NCBI GenBank assembly: GCA_036278755.1
Contig: DASUKL010000043.1
Location: 133-64,132 of the forward strand
Direction of reading: 5' to 3'
DNA from: Candidatus Limnocylindrales bacterium
GTDB taxonomy: Bacteria; Chloroflexota; Limnocylindria; Limnocylindrales; CSP1-4
DNA: 64,000 nucleotides
How positions within the stretch are numbered: position 1 is the stretch's first letter; each line of letters begins with the position of its first letter. A program made the position numbers and the translations under genes. The notes below the pieces were generated by a model. The model was given only the letters and a program-made list of their open reading frames with translations, was not told where the DNA came from and did not search any database. This document shows, piece after piece, positions 35,378 to 45,791 of the stretch.

Positions 35378-36301
35378 TTGGAAGGGCCCATCCAGATCGA
35401 CCGATCGCCCCGGCGGGCTCGGGCGCCCCGCCAGAAGTGCGAGGATCCGCTGACCGCAGCACCGCCTCCCCCGAGCGACGACGCGACCCCCGGCCGGCCC
35501 GGCTTGCGAGCCCAGGTCGGGCGTACCCGCGACGCGGCGCGGACGCTGGCCGAGGCGCACCTGACACTCCTCAAGGCCGAGCTCAGCGACATCGCCGATC
35601 AGCTGAAGATCCTGGCGGCCCTGGCCTTCGTGGCCTTCGTGGCGGCGGTCTTCATGGGCCTCCTCGTGCTCATCGGCGGCGCCCTGTTCCTGGGGGAGTG
35701 GCTCTTCGGCTCCATCGGCTGGGGCGTCCTCGACGGCCTCCTCCTCTCGATCGGGCTCATCGTGGCCATCGTCCTGGCCATCCTGGGGGTCAAGGGCCGG
35801 CTGCTGGGGACCAGCTTCGCCTGGGCCGTCGTGGTGGGGCTCGTGGTGGCCGTCGTCCTGGGCACCAACGTCATCCGCCAGGCCGCCGGCCAGGCGGCCA
35901 CGAGCCTCAGCCTGGGGCTCGATCCGGGCTGGGCGCCGACGGTCGTGGCTCTCGTCGTGGGGGCCATCGTGGTCGGGCTCATCGGCCTGGCCCTGGGCAG
36001 CCGGGGTGGTGGGGGAGGGGCCGTGGCCGGTCTCATCCTCGGCGCCGTCATCGGGCTCGTGCTGGGCTGGTTCTGCGGCGGCATCGCCTTCAGCCGCCAC
36101 GGCGCGGCGGCCCTCGGTCTGACCGCCGGGGCATCGGCCTGGCCGATCATCAGCGGGCTGCGCGCCTGGCGGGCGGGACTGGATCCGGCGGCGCGCTTCC
36201 AGCGGCTCTGGCCGCGCCAGAGCTACGAGGCGGCCCTCGACACCAAGGAGTATCTGGAGCAGGCATGGGCGAAGCGACGGAACGCGCTGGGACGCCGGTA
36301 G
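35378..36301 (+). CDS. Holin-X-like (PF07332-type) multi-TM membrane protein
   Basis: The amphipathic LLKAELSD segment is followed by several Gly/Ala/Val-rich TM helices. The start (TTG 35378) is uncertain. Confidence 0.6.
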   Translation: MEGPIQIDRSPRRARAPRQKCEDPLTAAPPPPSDDATPGRPGLRAQVGRTRDAARTLAEAHLTLLKAELSDIADQLKILAALAFVAFVAAVFMGLLVLIGGALFLGEWLFGSIGWGVLDGLLLSIGLIVAIVLAILGVKGRLLGTSFAWAVVVGLVVAVVLGTNVIRQAAGQAATSLSLGLDPGWAPTVVALVVGAIVVGLIGLALGSRGGGGGAVAGLILGAVIGLVLGWFCGGIAFSRHGAAALGLTAGASAWPIISGLRAWRAGLDPAARFQRLWPRQSYEAALDTKEYLEQAWAKRRNALGRR

Positions 36302-36876
36302 CCGCCGCCGTGGCGGCCGCAGCACCTTCCGCGGCGCGGACCGCGGCCTCCGGGGATCCGGTTGCGGCTGCTCGGGCCCAGGTCGCGGGGGCCCGGGAGG
36401 CCTTCGGGGCCGAGATTGACGAGCTCGACTCCGCAGCCCGCTCCGCCTTCGACGTCAAGGCCAAGATCAAGGAGAGCCCGGCCAAGGCGGCAGGCTTGGT
36501 GGGCGGGGCCGCCTTCCTGGCCGCGGGCGGACCGAAGCGTGTGCTGCGCGGCGTCGTCCACCGCGTTCGCGGCACGCCCGCCCCGAAGTCGCTGCTGCCC
36601 AAGGAGATCCAGCGGACCGTGGACGGCCTCGGGCCCGACGCCGCTGCCGTTCGAGCCCGCCTCGAACGCGAGTTCGCCGCCTACCTCGACGCGCAGCGCA
36701 AGGGTGGCAAGCTCCCCGGTGGGCCCGCGGGCAGCGCCTGGAAGCTGTTCGACGCCCTGGCCGCACCTATCGGGGCCCAGGCCGCCCGCCGCCTCATCGA
36801 GCGCTTCCTGGCCGCCGACCCGGACCGCCCCCCGGCTGACGGCGTGGCAGAAGGACCGGCCGGCCCCAAGCCGTAG
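36265..36876 (+). CDS. DUF3618-like protein
   Basis: EIDELDSAARSAFDVKAKIKESPAKAAG pattern. GGAG 5 nt upstream of ATG 36265. It is the 3' part of track ORF 35437..36876. Confidence 0.6.
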   Translation: MGEATERAGTPVAAAVAAAAPSAARTAASGDPVAAARAQVAGAREAFGAEIDELDSAARSAFDVKAKIKESPAKAAGLVGGAAFLAAGGPKRVLRGVVHRVRGTPAPKSLLPKEIQRTVDGLGPDAAAVRARLEREFAAYLDAQRKGGKLPGGPAGSAWKLFDALAAPIGAQAARRLIERFLAADPDRPPADGVAEGPAGPKP

Positions 36877-36906
36877 CGCTCCGGGTCCGGACGATAGACT
36901 GCGCTC

Positions 36907-36994
36907 GGGCGAGTGGCGGAATGGCAGACGCGCCGGCCTTAGGAGCCGGTGCCGGGTGACCGGCGTTCGGGTTCGACCCCCGACTCGCCCACCA
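36907..36994 (+). tRNA. tRNA-Leu (anticodon UAG), long variable arm, CCA encoded
   Basis: Folded by hand. Acceptor stem GGGCGAG/CTCGCCC, anticodon stem CCGGC/GCCGG with loop CTTAGGA, variable arm CCGG-GTGA-CCGG, T arm TCGGG-TTCGACC-CCCGA, discriminator A plus CCA. Confidence 0.93.
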
Positions 36995-37058
36995 TGCTTC
37001 TCTCTGCCCTCGTGGCGCGCCGACTCCGGGAGTGCCCCAGGTGGTTCGCCGGGCACGT

Positions 37059-37366
37059 CGTCACGCTGGGCGAGACGGGCAGCGGCCGGCCTGATCTCGT
37101 GTCACGCGCAGCGATACAAGCGCCGAACGAGAACGGGCTGGCCGGTCGGCTGTCACGCGAGCGGTGACATCCGGCGGCTGGAAGGGTCCTCGTTGGCCCG
37201 GCGTCACGCCGAGCGCCACGGGTGGCCACCGGCGAGGTCCCGATCGTCGCTTGTCACGCTGAGCGGCGCGGCCGCCACCTTGCCGCCCCCCGATCGTCGC
37301 TTGTCACGTTGAGCGGCGCGGCCGCCACCTTGCCGCCCCCCAATCGTCGCTTGTCACGCTGAGCGG
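37059..37366. repeat. Array of about seven repeats with a ~50-nt period, sharing the core GTCACGCnGAGCG; the last 2.5 copies are near-identical 50-mers
   Basis: Core occurrences at 37059, 37101, 37152, 37203, 37253, 37303 and 37353. Units 37241-37290 and 37291-37340 differ at one position. Confidence 0.85.
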
Positions 37367-37438
37367 AACGGACGCCAGGTAGCCCGGCCACCAGACCCGC
37401 CGCCCGCGAGCCTGACCCGGCGAGCAGCCCCCCGCCCG

Positions 37439-37444
37439 TATACT
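37439..37444 (+). promoter_or_regulatory. -10 box TATACT 8 nt upstream of the tig start codon (near-leaderless)
   Basis: Read directly. Confidence 0.35.
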
Positions 37445-37452
37445 CGGAAGCG

Positions 37453-38907
37453 ATGAAGGTCACCGCCACACCCGCCCCCCGGAGCACCGTCCACCTGGAG
37501 GTCGAGGTCCCGCCCGAGCAGGTGAGCCGGGCCGTGGATCTTGCCCTCCGCCACCTTGGCCAGCGCACCCGCGTGCCCGGCTTCCGCCCTGGCAAGGTGC
37601 CGCGGCCGATGCTGGAGCGGGCTCTCGGCGTCCGGCGCGACGATCCTGCCGCCCCCAACCCCATCCACGACGAGGCCAAGGACCACCTCTTCGAGCAGAC
37701 CGTCGGCCAAGCGCTCGTCGAGGCCGACGTGGCCGCCCTCGACATCCCCCAGCCCGAATGGCTGCATTTCGGGGAGGGGACGGACGGCGCCGCCTACGCC
37801 CTGGCCCTGCCGGTCTCGCCCAAGGTCGAGCTGGGCGACTACACCGCCTACCCCTTCGCTCCGGAGCTCGAGCCCACCGACGCGGCCAGCGTGGACAAGG
37901 TCATCGAGGAGTTGCGGGACCAGCACGCCACGCTCGTACCCGTCGAGGATCGAGCCGCGGCCGATGACGACTATGCCGTGATCTCGTACGAGGCCACGCG
38001 CGACGGCCAGCCCTTCGAAGGCGGCAGCGCCGAGCGCTTCCCCCTGATCCTGGGCAAGGAGCGGATGATCCCGGGCTTCGAGGCCCAGCTGGTGGGGCTT
38101 CGCGAAGGGGAGGAGAAGACCTTCGAGCTGACCTTCCCGGACGACTATCCCGACAGCAGCCTGGCCGGCCAGAAGGCCAGCTTCCACGTCACCCTCCGAG
38201 AGCTGCGGGCCAAGGTCCTGCCCGAGGCCGACGACGAGTTCGCCCGTTCCGTGGGCGACTTCGCCGACCTGGCCGCCATGCGGGCCGACGTCCAGCGCCG
38301 CCTCGAGGCCAACGCCCGCGACCGGGCCCGCCATCTCTTCGCCGACCGGATCATCGAGTACGCCGTGGCCAACGCCACCGTCGATCCGCCCGACCTCCTC
38401 GTCGACCGCGAGGTCGAGGTCATGCACGACGAGCTGCGTCTGCGCCTGGCCGAGCAGGGCATCGGCTACGACGAGTACCTCAAGGTCACCGAGAAGGACG
38501 ACGCCGCCCTCCATGCCCAGTTCCGGCCCGACGCCGAGCACCGGGTCAAGGTCCTCCTCGTCCTCGAGACCATCGCCGACAAGGAAGGGCTGGTCGTGCC
38601 CGAGGAGCTGGTCGAGGCCGAGGTGGCCCGTGATCGGGAGCGCACCGGGCGCGATCGCAAGCTGGCCGACTACTTCGCCAGCGAGCGCGGCCGGCGCTAC
38701 GTGCGCACCACGCTCCGCCGCTCACGGATCGTCGAGGAGCTGGTGGACCGCTGGCTGGCCGCCCACCCCGAGGTCGGCCCGCTGCCCCATCTGGAGGACG
38801 CCAGCGCGACGCCCGAAGCGGACGCCCAGACCGAGCCGACCGCCGAAGCCGGATCGACCACCGAACCCACCGCCCAGGCCCCCATCGAGGAGGAGGCTCC
38901 CGCATGA
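37453..38907 (+). CDS. tig: Trigger factor
   Basis: N-terminal ribosome-binding signature [12 protein letters not shown]-type PPIase middle domain, and synteny with clpP-clpX. Confidence 0.93.
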   Translation: MKVTATPAPRSTVHLEVEVPPEQVSRAVDLALRHLGQRTRVPGFRPGKVPRPMLERALGVRRDDPAAPNPIHDEAKDHLFEQTVGQALVEADVAALDIPQPEWLHFGEGTDGAAYALALPVSPKVELGDYTAYPFAPELEPTDAASVDKVIEELRDQHATLVPVEDRAAADDDYAVISYEATRDGQPFEGGSAERFPLILGKERMIPGFEAQLVGLREGEEKTFELTFPDDYPDSSLAGQKASFHVTLRELRAKVLPEADDEFARSVGDFADLAAMRADVQRRLEANARDRARHLFADRIIEYAVANATVDPPDLLVDREVEVMHDELRLRLAEQGIGYDEYLKVTEKDDAALHAQFRPDAEHRVKVLLVLETIADKEGLVVPEELVEAEVARDRERTGRDRKLADYFASERGRRYVRTTLRRSRIVEELVDRWLAAHPEVGPLPHLEDASATPEADAQTEPTAEAGSTTEPTAQAPIEEEAPA

Positions 38908-39665
38908 CCCGACCGAACGTCCCCACCTCGGCCGCCCTGCGGACGGCCCTGGAAGCGCGCGGCATGCTCGTGCCCATGGTCATCGAGAGCTCCAGCCGGG
39001 GCGAGCGGGCCTATGACATCTACAGCCGGCTGCTCAAGGAGCGGATCATCTTCCTCGGCGACGCCATCGAGGACCACGTCGCCAACCTCGTCATCGCCCA
39101 GCTCCTCTTCCTCGAGTCCGAGGATCCGGAGCGCGACATCAGCCTCTACATCAACTCCCCCGGCGGCGTGGTCACGGCCGGCCTGGCCATCTACGACACG
39201 ATGGAGTACCTGCGAGCACCGGTCAGCACGATCTGCATCGGCATGGCCGCCAGCATGGCCTCCGTCCTCCTGGCCGCGGGGACCAAGGGCAAGCGCTACT
39301 CCCTGCCCAACAGCCGGATCATGATCCACCAGGGTTCGGGCGGCTTCCGCGGCAACACCCCGGACGTCTTCATCCAGGTCAAGGAGCTCGAGGCGCTCAA
39401 CGAGCGGATGCACGAGATCCTCGCCCAGCACACGGGCAAGACCGTCGATCAGATCCGCAAGGACACCGATCGGGACTTCTTCATGTCTCCCGAACAGGCC
39501 AAGGACTATGGCATCATCGACGCCATCTTCACCCGGCCCGGGGGCTCGCTCATCGCCAAGGGGCATGATGCGGCCGGCGAGGCGGAGCGGAAGACGGACC
39601 AGGAACGATCGAGCGAGCCGGCCCCGGCCAAGGCGGAGTCGGCCCGCAAGGGCAAGGAGGACTGA
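38904..39665 (+). CDS. clpP: ATP-dependent Clp protease proteolytic subunit (single copy, ~45-aa charged C-terminal tail)
   Basis: ERIIFLG, INSPGG, catalytic [17 protein letters not shown] overlap with the tig stop. Confidence 0.93.
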   Translation: MTRPNVPTSAALRTALEARGMLVPMVIESSSRGERAYDIYSRLLKERIIFLGDAIEDHVANLVIAQLLFLESEDPERDISLYINSPGGVVTAGLAIYDTMEYLRAPVSTICIGMAASMASVLLAAGTKGKRYSLPNSRIMIHQGSGGFRGNTPDVFIQVKELEALNERMHEILAQHTGKTVDQIRKDTDRDFFMSPEQAKDYGIIDAIFTRPGGSLIAKGHDAAGEAERKTDQERSSEPAPAKAESARKGKED

Positions 39666-39700
39666 CCCGCCAGCGGCGGGAGGTCGGACGGAGAGGCAGC

Positions 39701-41005
<1,305 letters not shown>

Positions 41006-41084
41006 CCCGTCAGGGTGGACAGGTACCCGAGCCAGGTCCGGCTGTCGTCGGTGTCCTGCGGGTCCGGATGGACAGGAGGTGCCG

Positions 41085-41372
41085 ATGACAAGGGCATCGC
41101 AGACGGTGATCGTCCATCAGGTCGGGGCGCTGCCCCAGGAGATCGGCGTGTGTGGTCGCGACTGGTCACAAGATGCGGTCGCGAAGCACTACACCTTGGA
41201 CGAGATGGTCGCGCTCGACGGCTCCAATCCCGCCATCGTCGACCCAGGGCCCTTGGCGGCCTGTCCGGCGGGCGCCTGCACCGTAGCCGCTGGCGGTGCG
41301 TGCGACACGGTGATCTTCGTCCGTGCCGCCACGGACGCGTACATCGGCTACGCGCTGCGGGGCGGCCCCTGA
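41085..41372 (+). CDS. Hypothetical 95-aa Cys-containing protein
   Basis: AGGAGG 5 nt upstream of ATG 41085. Native GC3 codon usage. No family recognised. Confidence 0.6.
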   Translation: MTRASQTVIVHQVGALPQEIGVCGRDWSQDAVAKHYTLDEMVALDGSNPAIVDPGPLAACPAGACTVAAGGACDTVIFVRAATDAYIGYALRGGP

Positions 41373-41406
41373 GCCTGGGGTCGAAGGGGGGAGCGGCCGG
41401 GGGCCG

Positions 41407-41415
41407 TGCTACACT
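41407..41415 (+). promoter_or_regulatory. Extended -10 element TGcTACACT driving the valS T-box leader
   Basis: Read directly. The same 12-mer TGCTACACTCCC recurs at 48291. Confidence 0.45.
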
Positions 41416-41421
41416 CCCCGC

Positions 41422-41690
41422 CTCACGGCGCTGACCGAGAGGAGTAGCGCTCCGGACCACCGTCCAGAGACCGCGGGTCGTCGGCTGGGAACCCGCGGCG
41501 GCAGGGGAGCGCGAAGGTCGCTCGCGAGCCGTGCGCCCGGCGCCCGATAGCGCGCCATCGAGGGCCTTCCACCGTCGCCCCGAGCGGGTGAGCGGACCGG
41601 GATGACCGGGCCGCGGGCGAGGGCCGAACCAGCAGGTGGTACCACGACCCCGTTCGTCCGCTGGGACGAGCGGGGCGTTTTCGTTCCCCG
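41422..41690 (+). promoter_or_regulatory. T-box riboswitch leader (valine specifier candidate GUC at 41517-41519)
   Basis: Stem I start GAGAGGAGUAGC, conserved T-box sequence GGUGGUACCACG at 41636-41647, overlapping a terminator hairpin CCCCGUUCGUCC-GCUG-GGACGAGCGGGG followed by GUUUUCGUU. Confidence 0.8.
41647..41690 (+). terminator. T-box expression-platform terminator
   Basis: 12-bp stem plus U-rich tail, read directly. Confidence 0.7.
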
Positions 41691-41696
41691 GGGGGG

Positions 41697-41772
41697 TCCG
41701 AACGGCCCCGACGGGGCCGACCGGGCCCGACCAGGTCCGACCGGGGTCGACCAGGTCCGACCGGGCCGACCA
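41697..41772. repeat. About eight tandem 9-10-nt units ending in CGAC (for example CAGGTCCGAC, CGGGGTCGAC) in the valS 5' UTR
   Basis: Read directly between the T-box terminator and the valS AGGAGG. Confidence 0.8.
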
Positions 41773-41789
41773 GACAGGAGGTGAGCCCG

Positions 41790-44519
41790 ATGAGCGCCGA
41801 GCAGATGCCCAAGAGCTACGATCCGGCCGCCGTCGAGGCCGACCTCTACCGGCGCTGGGAGGCCGCCGACTTCTTCGACCCCGAGGGGGCCGGCAGCCGG
41901 GCCGACCCGAGCCTGGCCCCCTACGTCATCATCGAGCCGCCGCCCAACGTCACCGGCGCCCTCCACCTGGGCCACGCCGTGGTCATCTCCATCGAGGATG
42001 CGTTCATCCGCCATGCCCGGATGCGCCGCCGGCCCACGCTCTGGCTGCCCGGCAAGGACCACGCCTCGATCGCCGCCCAGGTGGTCCTCGATCGGATCAT
42101 CGCCGCCGAGGGCGAGACGCGGGCCTCGTTGGGCCGGGAGCGTTACCTGGAGCGGATGTGGCGCTTCGTCGGCGAGACGGCGGCCACGATCACCGACCAG
42201 CAGCGCCGCCTGGGTGCCTCGGCCGACTGGGGCCGCGAGCGCTTCACGATGGACGCCGTCTCGGCCCGGGCCGTGCGGACGGCCTTCAAGCGGCTCTACG
42301 ACGACGGCCAGGCCTACCGCGCGGAGGCCCTCATCACCTGGTGTCCCGGCTGCCGGACCAGCCTCTCCGACCTAGAGGTCGTGCCGCGCCCCGAACAGGG
42401 CACGCTCTGGACGATCCGCTACCACCTGCTCGACCTCGACGGCCAGCCTGATCCCGGAGCCTGGATCGCCGTGGCCACGACCCGCCCCGAGACGCTCCTC
42501 GGCGACACGGCCGTGGCCGTCCACCCCGACGATGCCCGCTACCAGGGGCTCGTGGGCCGGCGGGCCCGGGTGCCCTTCGTCGAGCGGGACGTGCCGATCG
42601 TCGCCGACGCGGCGGTCGATCCGGCCTTCGGCACCGGGGCGGTGAAGATCACCCCAGCCCACGACCACGACGACTACGAGACCGGCCGGCGCCACGACCT
42701 GCCCATGATCACGGTCCTCGACGATGCGGCCCGGGTCGTCGGGACCGGTACGGCCTACGACGGGCTCGACCGCTTCGAAGCCCGGCGGCGCATCGCGGCC
42801 GACCTCGAGGGCCGCGGCGACCTGGAGGCCACGGCCGACCACGAGATGCTCGTCGGCCACTGCCAGCGCAGCGACGACATCGTGGAGCCCCGCCTCAAGA
42901 CGCAGTGGTTCATCGCCATGGAGCCCCTCGCGGCCAAGGCCCTGGCCGCCGTCCGCGAGGGCCGGACGCGGATCCTGCCGGCCCGCTTCGAGAAGGTCTT
43001 CTTCGACTGGCTGGAGCACATCCGCGACTGGAACGTCAGCCGCCAGCTGTGGTGGGGCCACCGCATCCCGGCCTGGTATTGCCCCGACGGCCACGTCACG
43101 GTCAGCGATGCCGAGGCCGGTCCGGAAGCCTGCGCCGTCTGCGGCCGTCCGCCGGCCCAGCTGATCCAGGACGAGGACATCTTCGATACCTGGTTCTCCA
43201 GCGGCCTGTGGCCCTTCTCGACCCTGGGCTGGCCGGAGCAGACCGCCGACCTGGCCCGCTACTACCCGGGCACGGTCATGGAGACGGGCTACGACATCCT
43301 CTTCTTCTGGGTGGCCCGGATGATGATGCTGGGCGAGTGGTTCACCGACCAGACGCCTTTCGCCACGGTCTACCTCCACGGCATGGTCCGCGACCCCTAC
43401 GGCCAGAAGATGTCGAAGACGAAGGGCAACTCGGTCGACCCCCTGGCGGTCATCGACGAGCTGGGGGCCGACACGCTGCGGTTCGTCCTCCTCGACGGCA
43501 CCGCCCCGGGAGCCGACCAGCGCCTCAGCCGGCCCAAGCTGGAGGGCGCCCGGAACTTCGGCAACAAGCTCTGGAACGCGACGCGCTTCGTGGTCGGGGC
43601 CCGGCCGCCGGAGGTGCCGGGACAGACGCCGCTGGCCCTGCCCGAGGCCTTCGCCCTGGGTCCGGCCGAACGCTGGATCCTGGCCCGTTGCGGGGCCACG
43701 ATCGCGGCCGTCACGAGCGCTTATGAGACGTTCCGCCTGGGCGACGTGACGCGCCTGCTCCACGAGGCCATCTGGAGCGAGTACTGCGACTGGTACATCG
43801 AGCTGGCCAAGGCCCGCCTGGGGGAGGGCGTCCCGGCCGCCGAGCGGGCGGCCACGTGGCGGGTCCTGGCCTGGGTCCTGGACCGCTACCTGCGGTTGCT
43901 CCATCCGATCATGCCCTTCGTCACGGAGGCGGCCTGGCAGCGCCTGCCCCACCGGCCCGGCGATCCGGAGCTCCTGGCCGTGGCCGATCAGCCGACCCCG
44001 GACCTCGAGCTGGCCGTGGCCGACCCGGCCCAGGCCGCGGCCGTGGAGCGGCTGCTGGGCCTGGTGCGAGCGGTGCGCAACGTGCGCGCCGAGGCCGGTC
44101 TCGATCCGGGACGCCGGCTGGCCGCGGAGCTCGTCCTGCCCGACCCTGCGGTGCGGGCGGCCTACGAGGCCCTGGCGGAGCCTTTCGCCCGCCTCGCCCG
44201 CCTCGGGCCGGTCACGGTCCGCGACGCAGCTACGGCTGCATCGGGCGCTGGCGCGGACAGCGCGCCGCTGGTGGCCGTCTCCGGGGCCGAGGAGGTGCAT
44301 CTTGGGGCGACCGTGGCCGATGCCGGTCGCGATCGGGCCCGGCTCGAACGCGACCTGGCCGCCGCCCAGACGCGGCTGGCCTCGCTGGAGGCGCGCCTCG
44401 CCGACCCGGCCTTCGCGGAGCGGGCCCCGGCCGCCGTGGTGGAGCGAGCCAGGCAGCATGCCGTCGAGCAGCGGGACGAGGTGGAGCGGGCCCGAGCCCG
44501 CCTGAGCGAGTCGGCCTGA
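41790..44519 (+). CDS. valS: Valine--tRNA ligase
   Basis: HIGH-type PPNVTGALHLGH, KMSKT, editing domain and C-terminal coiled coil. AGGAGG 8 nt upstream of ATG 41790. Confidence 0.95.
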   Translation: MSAEQMPKSYDPAAVEADLYRRWEAADFFDPEGAGSRADPSLAPYVIIEPPPNVTGALHLGHAVVISIEDAFIRHARMRRRPTLWLPGKDHASIAAQVVLDRIIAAEGETRASLGRERYLERMWRFVGETAATITDQQRRLGASADWGRERFTMDAVSARAVRTAFKRLYDDGQAYRAEALITWCPGCRTSLSDLEVVPRPEQGTLWTIRYHLLDLDGQPDPGAWIAVATTRPETLLGDTAVAVHPDDARYQGLVGRRARVPFVERDVPIVADAAVDPAFGTGAVKITPAHDHDDYETGRRHDLPMITVLDDAARVVGTGTAYDGLDRFEARRRIAADLEGRGDLEATADHEMLVGHCQRSDDIVEPRLKTQWFIAMEPLAAKALAAVREGRTRILPARFEKVFFDWLEHIRDWNVSRQLWWGHRIPAWYCPDGHVTVSDAEAGPEACAVCGRPPAQLIQDEDIFDTWFSSGLWPFSTLGWPEQTADLARYYPGTVMETGYDILFFWVARMMMLGEWFTDQTPFATVYLHGMVRDPYGQKMSKTKGNSVDPLAVIDELGADTLRFVLLDGTAPGADQRLSRPKLEGARNFGNKLWNATRFVVGARPPEVPGQTPLALPEAFALGPAERWILARCGATIAAVTSAYETFRLGDVTRLLHEAIWSEYCDWYIELAKARLGEGVPAAERAATWRVLAWVLDRYLRLLHPIMPFVTEAAWQRLPHRPGDPELLAVADQPTPDLELAVADPAQAAAVERLLGLVRAVRNVRAEAGLDPGRRLAAELVLPDPAVRAAYEALAEPFARLARLGPVTVRDAATAASGAGADSAPLVAVSGAEEVHLGATVADAGRDRARLERDLAAAQTRLASLEARLADPAFAERAPAAVVERARQHAVEQRDEVERARARLSESA

Positions 44520-44570
44520 TCCGGGCTGGCCTGACCTGGACGGCGCACTTCTCACGCTGGCCGGCGGCGC

Positions 44571-44579
44571 TGGTACGAT
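44571..44579 (+). promoter_or_regulatory. Extended -10 element TGgTACGAT
   Basis: Read directly, about 50 nt upstream of ATG 44630. Confidence 0.4.
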
Positions 44580-44629
44580 GCCTCGGTGCCGCGGGGGCGG
44601 CGCCTTCGCCCCGGTCGGGCGTCAGGAGC

Positions 44630-45376
44630 ATGGAGGTGAGCGTGCCGCTCGAGTTCCTCAAGCGGCGGGACAAGCAGGCCGCACCGGCCGAGCCGCCCGC
44701 GCCCGAACCCGAGGAGATCGAGGCCCAGGAATACCAGCTCCGTCTGCATTACCTGGCCAAGACCAGCGAGGGCGCGCGGATGAAGGCCGGGCCGCAGGCC
44801 ATGCGCGAGCTGCCTGACATGCTGGTCGGTCTGACCGAGCATGACATCGAGGTCATCGAGCCCCTGGCCATCGAGTTCCAGGAAGCCGCGCCCACGATCC
44901 AGCGCCCCTCCGAGGCCCTGCAGTGGCTGAACGCCCACCACGAGCACAGCCCCATCGCCCGTCATGCCCTGCTGGTGCTCGAGTCGGTGGGCGCCATCGA
45001 CCTGGCCTACGACACGTTCGTCGTGTCCCTCCTCGACGGCGACGTCGACACGAGTGGCTTCCCCGAGTACAACGCCATCGTCGGCGGCGTGGCCTCGCAC
45101 TGGGACGAGGCGACCGGCGACATGATCGTGCGGGCCGTCGTGGGCTGGGGCGGCAAGGGCGTCCGGGGGGACACCGACCGGACGGCGACGAAGATCCTGG
45201 GCGGCCTGCTCAAGAACGTCCTGGCCAGCCAGTACGCCATGGGCCTGACGGCCGTCGAGAAGCCCGTCCCGGCGGCCGGCCGCGGCGGTCTCGTGTGCGC
45301 CCACTGCGGCTTCGCCTCGGCCCACGAGCGGGCGTTCTACTGCCCCAAGTGCGGCATGCGCCTCCTCCGCGGCTGA
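44630..45376 (+). CDS. Hypothetical protein with a C-terminal zinc ribbon (CAHCG...CPKCG)
   Basis: Native codon usage. It is the 3' part of track ORF 43856..45376. The alternative GTG start at 44642 has GGAGG 5 nt upstream. Confidence 0.65.
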   Translation: MEVSVPLEFLKRRDKQAAPAEPPAPEPEEIEAQEYQLRLHYLAKTSEGARMKAGPQAMRELPDMLVGLTEHDIEVIEPLAIEFQEAAPTIQRPSEALQWLNAHHEHSPIARHALLVLESVGAIDLAYDTFVVSLLDGDVDTSGFPEYNAIVGGVASHWDEATGDMIVRAVVGWGGKGVRGDTDRTATKILGGLLKNVLASQYAMGLTAVEKPVPAAGRGGLVCAHCGFASAHERAFYCPKCGMRLLRG

Positions 45377-45382
45377 GGTCGA

Positions 45383-45790
45383 ATGATGCCGATCTACGAG
45401 TACGAGTGCAGCAACGGCCACCGCATCGAGGTCCTCCAGCGCCTCGACGATCCGGGGCCGGACCGGTGCGCCACTTGCGGCGCGCCGCTCCACAAGCTCC
45501 TGGCCCCACCGGCCATCGTCTTCAAGGGCTCGGGCTGGGCCAAGAAGGACGCCCGGGCCGTGGCGCGGACGAACGCGGCCAAGCTCGACGGCGAGGGCCG
45601 GACGGACGGCGGTAAGCCCACGCCCCCCGGCACGAGCGAGGGATCCGCGGATGGCAGGGAGAAGCCGGGGGGCCAGGAGAAGCCGGGCGGCCAGGAGAAG
45701 CAGGCCGCGGGCAGCGACGGCGGCAGCGACACGGGTGCCTCGGCCGCGACGACGGCCGCACCCGGCGAAGCCAAAGGCGCCGCTCGCTGA
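45383..45790 (+). CDS. FmdB-family zinc-ribbon putative regulatory protein
   Basis: The N-terminus PIYEYECSNGH...CATCG is the FmdB CxxC_CxxC signature. Low-complexity tail with an 18-nt repeat. Confidence 0.85.
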   Translation: MMPIYEYECSNGHRIEVLQRLDDPGPDRCATCGAPLHKLLAPPAIVFKGSGWAKKDARAVARTNAAKLDGEGRTDGGKPTPPGTSEGSADGREKPGGQEKPGGQEKQAAGSDGGSDTGASAATTAAPGEAKGAAR

Positions 45791-45791
45791 G

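Noticed and set aside
37059-37366. CRISPR array hypothesis for the ~50-nt periodic repeats
   Set aside because: In the three best-preserved units the whole 50 nt, including the would-be spacer, is repeated. There are no unique spacers and no cas genes in the window.
42372-44555. 727-aa minus-strand ORF
   Set aside because: It is antisense to valS.
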